Origin: Cycas panzhihuaensis
Lineage: Eukaryota > Plantae > Cycadophyta
Assembly (NCBI GenBank): GCA_023213395.1
Contig: CM041465.1
Coordinates: forward strand, 199,399,741 to 199,463,740
Length of the DNA: 64,000 nucleotides
Direction: 5' to 3'
Shown: piece by piece, positions 12,354 to 24,300 of the stretch
Numbering within the stretch: the first letter of the stretch is position 1
Layout of the letters: the number at the start of each line of letters is the position of its first letter
Made by a program: the position numbers and the translations under genes
The notes under the pieces: generated by a model
The model's database searches: none
Told to the model about the DNA's origin: nothing
Seen by the model: only the letters and a program-made list of their open reading frames with translations

Positions 12354-15300
12354 GTATTTTCCCTTTTTCCTGAAGCATGCATTCGGATACTTTGTGAGCT
12401 GTGTGCAGTCTTCAAATATTTGTCTATGTAGAATCTCAGTCTGGTCTTCATTGATTGGCATTTGTTGATATAATTTAGAGAAAGGCGAGTTTCCACGTTA
12501 TTACAAGAAAACAATTTCAGACAGAATTCAGTGATGGATGTAGCTTAAAGCAGTTGTTCCAAGACTCACTTGTTGTAGTCACGTCATCTGGATTATGTAG
12601 GAGTGATGATGAAGAAGATGAATATGGTAAGGATCCCGAAGATCCTCAACGGGAGTTTTTTAGACAATCAGAAGAATATGTTGGGGAGAACGGTGGCATA
12701 GGACTTTATCCCAGATACATATTTCATAAGGTTCATCCCAGTGATTTTAGCTCTCACAATTCAATGGACCAGGTTGCCTGGGTAAGTGGTGAGAGTCAAT
12801 CCCTGAATTCTGAGGAGAGTGTTGATGGAAAGAGCCCAACTTTGCAGACTGAGATGCCTTTAGAGTGCCAATTTTCAACAACGCCAGAAAGGTCAGGAGA
12901 AGAATCGGAGGGTACAGAGAATGCTGATGAGTGTAATGACGTATCATCCGTGTTTGAGGCACCAAGCCCAGAGTCAGAACAGCCTGTGGACTTTGAGAAT
13001 AATGGTCTGATATGGGTTCCACCTGAGCCAGAAGATGAGGAGGATGAGATAGAAACTAGCATGATTGATGATGAAGACGAAGATGATAGAGGAGGTTGGG
13101 GATTGCCACCTTCTACTGGCAGCTTCAGCAATAATGAAAACAGGAGCAAGGACAGGTCAAGTGACGAGCATAGGAAAGCTATGAAAGCGGTAGTGGATGG
13201 ACACTTCAGGGCTCTTGTAGCACAGCTTCTAAAGGGAGAGGAAGTTGTCGTTGGTGAAGAAAATGACAAGGAGAGTTGGTTGGAAATAGTCACTTCCTTG
13301 TCATGGCAAGCCGCGACTCTTGTTAAGCCAGACACTAGCAAGGGAGGAGGAATGGATCCTGGGGGTTATGTGAAGGTCAAATGCATAGCGTGTGGTCATC
13401 GTTGTGAAAGGTAAGATTTAACCATGTGACTGTGTGTTTGTTTAAAGCATCTCTGAATATACATTTCTCTTTTCACGGGTTGTTGTATGCCTTTTACAGT
13501 GGAAGTTTCTCTTTTCAACCTTTGTAGGCTGTACGAGTGCATGTATTTGCCCATACTTATTTGTAATGATGACTGTTTTTACAGTGAAGTTATTAAGGGA
13601 GTTGTTTGTAAGAAAAATGTAGCGCACAGACGAATGGCATCAAGATACAAGAACCCTCGATTGCTACTGCTGGGGGGAGCTCTTGAATATCAGCGAGTCT
13701 CAAATCAATTGTCTTCTCTTGATACTTTGTTGCAGCAGGCAGGATTTAGCTTGATTATGTTTCTTTGTGTATCAAATAATCATTGTAGATCTGTATGTTT
13801 TAACTGGTTTTACTTTTGTTTTTCAGGAAATGGATCATCTCAAGATGACTGTGGCAAAGATAGAGGCCCATCATCCTAATGTATTGCTGGTGGAGAAAAC
13901 TGTGTCCCGTTATGCACAGGAGTATCTCTTGGCCAGGGAAATATCTTTGGTGCTGAATATTAAAAGGCCTCTTTTGGAGCGTATAGCCCGTTGTACTGGT
14001 GCACAGGTTGCTCCTTCTGTTGACAATCTCAATGCACTGAAAGTTGGACATTGTGAGTTGTTTCATGTAGAGAAATTTGTGGAGGAGCATGGCAGTGCTG
14101 GTCAACCAGGGAAAAAGTTACTCAAAACCTTGATGTTCTTTGAAGGTTGTCCAAAGTCTCTGGGATGTACGGTGAGGCTTCTAGATCTCTGAATTTGCAG
14201 TTTCGCTTAACATGGCATACTTGCTATTTTCTTTTGGTTGAAAAGATGATTGTACCAACAGAATGAAGTGTGCCTTCTTTTTCTGAAATTTCTGTTATGT
14301 TAATTTAAATGATTCATTTTAGTTCACTTTGTTGCTTTGGCTGTAGGAAAGGTGTTACTGCACTTCTATTCTATGCACTCTAATCTGCTTTTCTTTCGTG
14401 ATATATTATTCTTTATTTTATTTTTATTTCCTGGCTTTTCAAAAGATCCTCAGCTTAGTGAGTGCTATTCAAGCAGGGTGTCTGATAAATCAAACATAAT
14501 GGATAAAGATGAAGAGAAAGCCAAAGACAAGTAGCATGGCTGTTTGAAACAATAGAATCCTTGATTTTGGATTTCATGACTGATGGCAGGAGTTGTTAGG
14601 CATGAAAGAGAAGATTTGTTTGTATCATTCAATGACTGCTGGTTATCTCAAAGGCAAGCATTCTGTGTCAGACTTACTTGTTTTCTGAGCCTTTTGGGCA
14701 GAAGCCACTTAGCTTTTGGTGCTGCATATGCCTTCGGCAATTTTCAGCAGTTATGGGGTATTAGTTATTACTAGTGCAAAATTTTCTTTTTTGGGGGTTC
14801 ACATCACTTTCCGTAGAATTCTGGCAGTACTGTTGATTGTTTGTTAAAATTTTTACATTAGCTTGCTTCTGCTGAAAATTCCTGTTCCACTGTTAGACGT
14901 TATTGTTGTTCTTGTTGAAAATTACTCTTTTCGGGGTTTCACATCACTTTTTGTAGAACTCTGGTGTTAGTGTTGATTGTTTGTTCAGAGGTTGACTTTA
15001 TCTTTCAGATCCTCAGGTATTTATCTTTCAAGATGAGTTAGAAACCAAGGAATCAGAGAAGATACATTTAACCATGTATTGGGGATGAATCATATTGTAA
15101 CAATATGAATAAAGATGTTTTATTTGGGGACCAGTCGCTATTTAAAAAACAATTTAAAGCCTGTGCCATTTATCAAACTAAGGGTCTATTTTGCAAGGCT
15201 TCTGGATTGCAAATTGGCAGTTTGACAGGCTTCTGGACTGCAAATTAGCAGCTTGACAGGCTGCCTTTGAGTCAGAAGGTGGAGTTGTAACATTGCAGTA

Positions 15301-18300
15301 ATGATGAATGCAATGATAGGAACCATGTGGGAAAAACTAGAAAAAAAAAAGAAAGAGGGAAATACGATAGAGAGAAAATATTGGAAAAAAATTGTTGATT
15401 TCAAAATTTTGAAAAAATTTTAATAAAAAGAAGAATAGAGTGATTTTTTTTGTTAAAATGTACACCATCATCATTGTCTATATCTTCATCTTCCTTACCC
15501 TCATCAATGCTAGCCATGATACTTACGATGACTGTCAATTCAATATTTATGTATCTAGGCATGAGTAGAATTTTTGGTTTTAGGTTGTTCCTCTTTTTTC
15601 AATTGTATGAATTCAGCTGTACTTTAGTTTCTCTTCCAAGTAAAGATGCTACTAGATTGATCCAAAATATGAAATATAAGATTTTGCGACATTAGCATAG
15701 AGGATCCACAAGACTTCCACAAAGGCAATGTTGTGACATGTCCTATCACACGAGGTCTGCAGAGCCCCTTCTCTTCCTTATATGCATTTATTTGATCTTG
15801 TATCTTTTGTTATAAAAGAGGATTGGATTACAATCTCTTGATGCATTCACACAAGCCTTGACAATCTTACCTTTAAACATTGGGCTCCATCCAAATGAAT
15901 GAGACTCTAAAAAACATGTTGCTACATGTAATGGAATTTGTATCGTGTTTCATTTATTGTAGGGTCATAATTGTTTTCAATTCCTTTAAAAGCTTCTTTA
16001 ACTTTTTGTTTTGGTTCAATCCATACCCACATTTTTGTCCTATGATAGAAATGTCACCGACTAAATGGAGGATGGTCATAAGAGGCTTGAATATGTTTAT
16101 CACATTGGCTACTTCCTTCTAAAAAATAGATCCCAAAATATATATATATATATTTACAAGAGAAAATTAAATTGGGTTCTACTAGTTGAATGATGGAGTA
16201 CAATATTTTCATTATAGGGCCTTAGCAAGTCTATTTCCACGATCTTTAGGCCATATCATTGACAATTCCTACGTCCTAATTGGCTGTAGTCCCAAGCCCC
16301 TTACAAGCAATCTAAATCATCCCAGTTCTCTTTGCATATAGATTTGATCATCCCCTCCCTCGCTACAAATAAATTCATTCCGTGCCTCTTTACATATAGA
16401 GTTAATAAATCATTACAATATTATTACTCTCATTTCTCCTCCTTGTTCTGATGCCTAAACATGTGAAAATTCGATACTTTGAAACCCTTCTTCAAGTTTC
16501 CAAGCTCATGGGCAAGGATTTTAGGCTGCATACTCGCTGGGCTCCATTTTCCAGTTGCTACCTTAATTGCTAGAAGTGAATCTTCGCATATTCATTCCGT
16601 GCCTCTTTACATATAGAGTTAATCATCACAAAATTATTACTCTCATTTCTCCTCCTTGTTCTGATGCCTAAACACATGAAAATTCGATACTTTGAAACCC
16701 TTGACCAAGTTTCCAAGCTCACAGGCAAGGACTTTAGGCTGCATACTCTCTGGATTCCATTTTCCACTTGCAACTTTAATTGCTAGAAGTGAATCTTAAC
16801 ACTACTCAGTTTTAGTTTGGCTGCTACACATAGTCCCTATTAAACCCCATTATTTCCGTTTTGCTATTAGAACAAATCCCAAGTCCAACAAAATTTTCCT
16901 TAAATTGATGCCTCTTGTTCGTAATTACCCCCCTACTTTTACAACTTTTAGATTTCTCTTTGATGCTCCATTAAAAAAAGTCGGAAGAAACCTTTTTTTG
17001 GGGCTTTGGAGGTGTACTTTTCTCCTTGGTCTTCACTTGAGCTTTGGTTATTATAATTTCTACTTTGTTGAGCATCTTTGGTTGCCAATTTCAAATAGTT
17101 TTGAATTTTATTCTAACAAGCTCCAAGATTGGAGATTTTCTCTTGAAAGCCTACCTCATTTTTACACAATCACATATGCCATGAACTCATTCTATGAAGG
17201 ATTATCCGCACATACTTGAGATTTGGCTTGCCTAACAATTTGAAGGGATAAATGTTTGGCCATTGGTCATCAAACGAGAACAACACTGACTCATGAGCAA
17301 ACTGGATTTCCTCACAATTTAGTATGTTCTAGATGTTCTTCAACACAACACAAGGAAATAGACACAAGCTTAACAGATGGCGTTGATTCTCTTCATTGGA
17401 GTGACGCAAAACACAACATAGAGGATCATAGGTGCCTTGACATTGTAGATTCTCTGTAGTTAAGATTGATTTGTGCGTGAGCAACCAAGTGAAGTAATCT
17501 ATAATGGGAATGGATGATGTTCTCCAAATAGCATGCATAGAAAGACTTGCTGCAATCCTTGCCCCTTCTCTTTATCCTTCAATTGCAAACAAGCAATGTT
17601 CAGGGCTCTCTTTGCTAGATGGGATTGATATTTTACAATGACTACACCTTTTATTTTCCATGCTAAATTTCGTGATACTATTAAGAATCTTATCAATAGT
17701 TAAATTTTTCGATTTGTACGAAAAGGTTTTAATGAATGTTGGTTTTAATTTTTTTCAAATTATTTCTTTCATCCTTTCTTTTCTTACAAGCCATTCCTGG
17801 CTTGCCTTGTCTACAACATGGTATGGTAGGTGGCTCCAATTCCTTTTGGGGATGCTTTGTTTCCTCCAGAAATTTTTACATGTCTGGAGACGTGTATGTG
17901 GACAATTGCCTACTAGAAATGTTGGTATTTGTGGAAATGTTGAGCATCAAACCTAATAAGATGAAAAGCATTTTGTAGTTTTGCCCAATCTTAGAGAAAA
18001 ACTTGGTGGACTAGATACCATCACAAAGTAGGGCCCTGCAAGCTGGTGACAAAGTCCACCATCCATTGCTCCTTGTTGAACATATGATACTCCATCCAAC
18101 ACTGATCCAGGAGGATCTACCATATGTTTACAGGATGCGGAAAATTCTAGGCATTGGTATAACTGAAAGAGATATGGCCAAATGGTATCAAAATTATATG
18201 AAATTTTGTGTAAAGGGAGAAGACACATCCCACTAGATGTGTACAAAAGGTGGGGTTCAGAAAATATCATTTGATTAGAGTTCAAGCCTTGTTTTTGCAT

Positions 18301-21300
18301 AAAATTAATCCAACAGTTAGCAGAAAAACAGAAAATATATATTATCATTATATGAATAGAAATATGGCCAAATAACATCCAAATGAGCTAAAATTTTGAG
18401 GAAGCGGAGGAGACATGCATTTCTATACGTGTACCAAATTTGAGCTGAATTGGAGTCCGTTAAGGTCAGTTACAAGCCGCAACTTTTAAGAATTGCATGA
18501 AGGCCACTTGGACAACAGAAAAACAGCAAATGCATATTATTATTAAATGAATAAAAATGCAGTCAAATGACATCCAAATGAGCTAAAAATTTGAGGAAGC
18601 TGAGGGGACATGCGTTCTTATATGTGTACCAAATTTGAGCCAAATTGGAATACGTTAAGATCTGTTACAAGCTACAACTTTTTTAAGAATTACATGAAGG
18701 CCACTTGGACAACATGCATTCTGGTGGTTAGTGGTTATACTTGCATGATTGCCACTTGTTAAACATGCAATTTTGGTTTCTTTCTATAAATTGAGCCCTA
18801 CTACAGGTTGGAGAGGTGGTTCTTGGAGACTTGACTTGGGAAGCATCTTTGGAGAGGCATTTGGAGGGTTGGAGTCCCCCTTATGGTATAATTGTATCAT
18901 TTATTCCTTGTAATTTTACCATTCTTTTGCTAGTTGATTTCTCCACCATTAAATGGAGATTTTCGTAGTTTAATAAAAGTACTACTCCTCATACTTTTGT
19001 ATCAATGTCAAGAATAAATGATTTGGTGTAGAATTTCCTTTCATAAGCTCATTGTTGTTTTGATGTTATTGAGCTTTCTACACTAACTCCCAGGATCTCA
19101 AGGAGAAAAGGTTGATAATTGACTTCTTCACCAACTAAGCTCTTTTGGGATCATATTTTGGTATCAGAGCCTGTGATCTTTGTTGTAGGGACTTGAATGG
19201 TACAAACAAAGAAAGGATACAAAGAGAAAGGTGAAGACTTTCTTGTGTTGCAATCACCAAGAAGACAAAGAAAGAATCCAAGCACCATGGTGAAAAGAAG
19301 ATGGAGAAATTAGATTTGAAAAGCTTGAGAAGAACGTAGAAGCCTTGATGCAAATGATGACCCAACTTCTACCTCTAGTCAAGGAAAAAATAAAGAGAAG
19401 GAAGTTGAAGGAGGATCCTCATATGACCACAACCATGAAGAGGAAGAGGAGGAGACCTTAAAGCACTCTTTTGAAGAAAGCAAGGGTACTTCATCTCATC
19501 AACCCTTCAAGGTGGAGGCAAAGTTGGATATTCCAACTTATGATGGAGAGGTAAATGCTGAAAAGTTGGACCATTGGTTGGATCAACTTGAAACCTACTT
19601 CACAATTTATGATTATAGTAATGCTCAAAAGCTTTCATTTGCTAGGCTCAAGATGTGTAAACATGTATTGACATGGTGCAATACATTTTTGAAGACTCAT
19701 GATGTATCTTCTTTTTCATGGAGGGATTTTAAGAAAATAATAAAGAAGCAATTCTACCCCATAGGTCATGAGGAAGACCAATGGGTCACTTGGCAATATT
19801 TACGCCAAGGGAAAGGTGTAAGTGTCCAAGACTATACTTCTTTATTTTTTAGGCATGGCATGTTACTTGGTATTAATATGGATGAACATGTCACTCTTAT
19901 GAAATTCATTGGAGGATTACATGAATACATAAGGAAGGAACTAAGGCTTTTTAAGGTTCAATCCATTGGAGAAGCAAGTAGGATGGCTATGGCAATAGAA
20001 AGTAAAAGCAAAAAATCTACATTCATGTCTAAAGATTCTACTTTTACTTCTAATAAGTATGAAAAGAATCCTAAATTGCACTCATCTAAAAGGCAAGAAG
20101 GAAAGAAGAAAAGAACTAATTTTGTTAAAAGTTCTAACTATTGTGAGCATTGTGATATTAGTGGTCATATTATAGCAAAGTGTTGGAAGTTGCATCCAGA
20201 GCTAAAGCCAAAGCATATCAAGGACATGGAATTAAGAAAGAAGGAAAAAGGGAAAGCACTACTTTCTGAGGTGGAGATTCAAAGTGAAGGAGAAGAAGAG
20301 AAGGTTACTCTACTTACAAATTATGAAGATGATGCTACAAGGGAGGAACTATTTCACTTGAAGCTTCAAGTAGGAAATAGTATGATTGGTGCCATTATAG
20401 ATCCAGGGAGCCAAAAGAATTTGATCTCAGAAAGTTTGGTTAAGAGCATTGGGTTGGTAACTACTCCTCACCCTCATCCATATCCTCTTGGTTAGATCCA
20501 TAAAGATGTGGAAATGCAAATATCAAAGCAATGTACACTTAAATTTTCCATCACTAATGATTTTGTTGATGAAGTAATATGTGATGTGGTGCCATTAGAT
20601 GTATGCCATGTTGTGCTTGGAAGTCCCTACTTGTGGGATCGAGATGCACTCTTCTATCGAAGGGAGAGAAAGTATCGGTTGATGAAGGATAACAAGGGCT
20701 TCATCATAAAGGCCACAAAGAAGCACTTGGATAAGATAGCATTAATTTCAGCTACTCAAGCAAAAAGGATGATCAATGCATGTGGTAATTTGTCATCTTA
20801 ATGGTAAGGAGAAAAGAAGAGCCAAGAGATGAAGAAGGTCCTTCTACTCACACTCTTCTTATATCACCTAAACAAATGCAACAAATTGAGGAGTTAAAGA
20901 CAAGGTATGATATTCTATTTCAACATGTTGATGGGCTTCCACCAAAGAGAAAGATAGAGCATGAAATCACTCTTGTAGGAGATGCACCATTACCTAATGT
21001 TGCTTTGTATAGGCACTCCATTGTAGAGAATAATGAGATAAAGAGGCAAGTTGAGGAGTTGCTTGATCAAGGGGTCATAAGACCTTCATGTTCACCTTGT
21101 GGGTCACCATTTGTCTTGGTGCCTAAGAAGGATGGAGGATGGAGAATGTGTATAGATTTTCGTGCTTTGAATAAAATTACAATTAAAAATCGCTACCCTT
21201 TGCCTCGCATAGATGATTTGCTTGATCAAATTCAAAGATGCTTGTTATTTCACTAAATTGGATTTAAAAAGTGGTTATCACCAAGTTAAGGTCAAGGAGG

Positions 21301-24300
21301 AGGACACATGGAAGACGGCCTTCAAAACAAAGCAAGGACTCATTGAATGGATGGTTATGCCTTTCGGATTGTGTAATGCTCCTGCAACATTCATGAGGCT
21401 AATGAATGAAATGTTAAGGCCTTATTTGGATAATTTTGTTGTTGTCTATCTTGATGACATTTTGATTTTCAGCAACACATGGGAGGAACATTTGCAGCAC
21501 ATAGAAGAAGTTTTAAAGACTATGGCTAAGCATCATTTGAAGCTTAATGTGAAGAAGTGTGAATTTGGCAAGGAGAACTTGATCTTCTTAGGCTTTGTGG
21601 TTGGAGGAGGAAAGTTGAGCATTGATCCACTCAAGACTCAAGCCATCCTCAAATGGCCTAGGCCAACAAACATCACAGAGGTGAGAAGTTTTTAGAGCTT
21701 GTCAATACTTGAGAAAGTTTATTCTTCATTTCTCACAGTTGCAAGACCTCTACATGGATTGACAAAATCTAGTAGAAAGTTTACTTGGGGTTCCAAGGAG
21801 GAAGAAGCCTTTCTTCTTTTAAAGAAGAAAATTTGTGAAGCATCGGTTTTGGCAATGCCAAATTTGCAAAGGCCTTTTGAAGTAGAAGCTGATGCAAGTG
21901 GAAATGCGATGGGAGTTGTCCTTATTCAAGATGGGAAGCCTATTGCTTACCATTCGAAAGTCTTCACCTCTCAAGTGAAGAACTACCCAACATATGATCG
22001 AGAAATGTTCGCACTTCATCAAGCATGCAAGCATTGGAGGTCATACTTGCTCAGAAAAGAGGTTGTAGTTCATACCGATCATAAGCCTCTTCAATTTTTA
22101 CAAACTCAAAGTAAATTACAACAAGTAAGACACATGAAGTGGATGAGTTATTTACAACAATTCAATATTGTAATTAAGTACAAAAAGGGATCTAATAACA
22201 AAATTGCTGATATGTTATCTAGACCACCTTGTTCCACTTCTTCTTCTACTTTTGTTTGTAGTTCTCTTATGAGTTTGCAGGTGGAACTAATGCATCATGA
22301 AGAGTACAAAGACTTGTACCATGAAGATGAAGCTTTGAAGGAAGAATTAGAGAACCTAGCGAAAGGAAGACCTTCCCAGCTTGCTTGGAAGGATGGTCTA
22401 CTTTTCAAAGGGGAGCAGCTCTATGTTCCATCAAAAGGAGACAAGATCAAGTGGCTTAGAGAAGCCCATACTTCTAAAGTAGCTGGTCACTTTGGTATAG
22501 AGAAGACTTTAGCAAACTTGAGAAGATATGTTGTATGGCCAAAAATGCAAAATGATGTAAAAAAATATGTAAAAGGATGTGTAAAAGGATGTGTAATGTG
22601 TAATACTTCTAAGCCTTCTTCTAGAAAATTAGGATTGTATGCACCACTTCCTATTCCCACTAGGCCTTGGGAAAGTATCTCCATTGATTTTTTAGGGGGA
22701 CTTCCCATGACTAGGAAGGGACATGATTATCTCTTTGTTGTTGTAGATAGGTTTAGTAAAATGATATGTCTAATACCTTGTAAGAAGACAATCACAGTGC
22801 AGAGGCGGTGAATTATTCTTCGAGCATGTATGGAAGAATTTTGGCTTGCCTTCTTCCATCATTTCAGATCGGGACACTCGATTCCTTTCATCATTTTGGA
22901 AGTCACTATGGGAGATGATGGATACCAAATTGAAGAGGAGTACAAGTTTCCATCCTCAAGCGGATGGACAAACCAAGTAGTGAATGAACTTTGGTACATC
23001 TATTGAGGGATACAATTCCAAGCATCCAAAGACTTGGGATGAATCATTGGCTTTTCTACAATTTGCTTTTAATAGAGCAATGCATGCATCACACTCTAAA
23101 GCACCTTTTGAAGTTTGTTTGGGATACTTACCTCAAAGTCCATTTGACTTAGAGTTTTCCATGCAAGCTAAGGAAGGATCCTCAAAGAAAAGGAGGAGCA
23201 TGACAAGGCTTTAAGATACTTGAGAAGATCTAGAGAGTCCACAAAGAAGTACATGATCAACTTCTAAGGACTCAACAAAAGTACAAGGAAAGACATGACA
23301 AGCATAGGCAAGAGTGTACTTTTCAAGAAGGAGATTTAGTATGGTTATACTTGAGCAAGGAGAGGTTAAAAGGAGAAGGCAAGAAACTCAAACCTATAAG
23401 GTATGGACCATTCAAGATTTTGAGAAAAGTAGGTGGCAATGCTTTCCAACTTGATCTTCCACCTTATATGCAAATATATTTAGTAGTAAATGCTTGAATA
23501 CTTAAAACTCTTTGAGCCATCCATGCTAGATGAGGAACAGGACCGGTTCACTTTACCTTGATTGATGATTTGTATTTGGAAAGTGAGGAGCCTCTCAAGG
23601 AAGATTGTATCTTGGAGAGAAAATCTACCAAAACAAGACATAAGACACATGAATCTTTTAGGATTGGAGTAAGGCAATTGCCTAGTAAGGCCAAGTGGTT
23701 TAGTAGGCAACAAGGAGAACAACACTTCCCCATCTCCAATTCTAAGCCAAACAGAGTTGGCTATTTTCCAAGGAAGGGGAGCCATGATCCGGAGGATCTA
23801 CCATATGTTCTGGGATGCGGAAAATTCTAGGCATTGGTATAACCGAAAGAGATATCGCCAAATCCTATCAAAATTATATCAAATTTTGTGTAAAGGAGAA
23901 GACACATCCCACTAGATGTGTAGAAAAGGTGGGGTTTAGAAAATATGATTTGATTAGAGTTGAAGGGTTGTTTTTGCATAAAATTAATCTCACAGGTTAG
24001 CGTAAAAATGTAAAATACATATTATCATTAAATCAATAAAAATCCCCTCAAATCACATCCAAATGAGCTAAAATTTTGAGGAAGCCGAGCAGACATGCGT
24101 CCTATCGTGTACCAAATTTGAGCTGAATTGAGTCCATTAAGGTCGATTACAAGCCGCAACTTTTAAGAATTGCATGAAGGCCACTTGGACAGTAGAAAAA
24201 TAACAAATACATATTATTATTAAATGAATAAAAATGCAGTCAAATGACATCCAAATGAGCTAAACATTTGAGGAATCTAAGGGGACATGCGTTCCTATAA

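Noticed and set aside
12796-13341. 181-aa antisense ORF, and similar antisense ORFs over exons 5, 9 and 11
   Set aside because: Shadows of FAB1 codon usage (Ser-rich mirror of Asp/Glu codons).
19512-23760. Programmed frameshifting in the CRM-like gag-pol
   Set aside because: Breaks are numerous, fall inside conserved domains and include in-frame stops. This is decay or sequencing indels.
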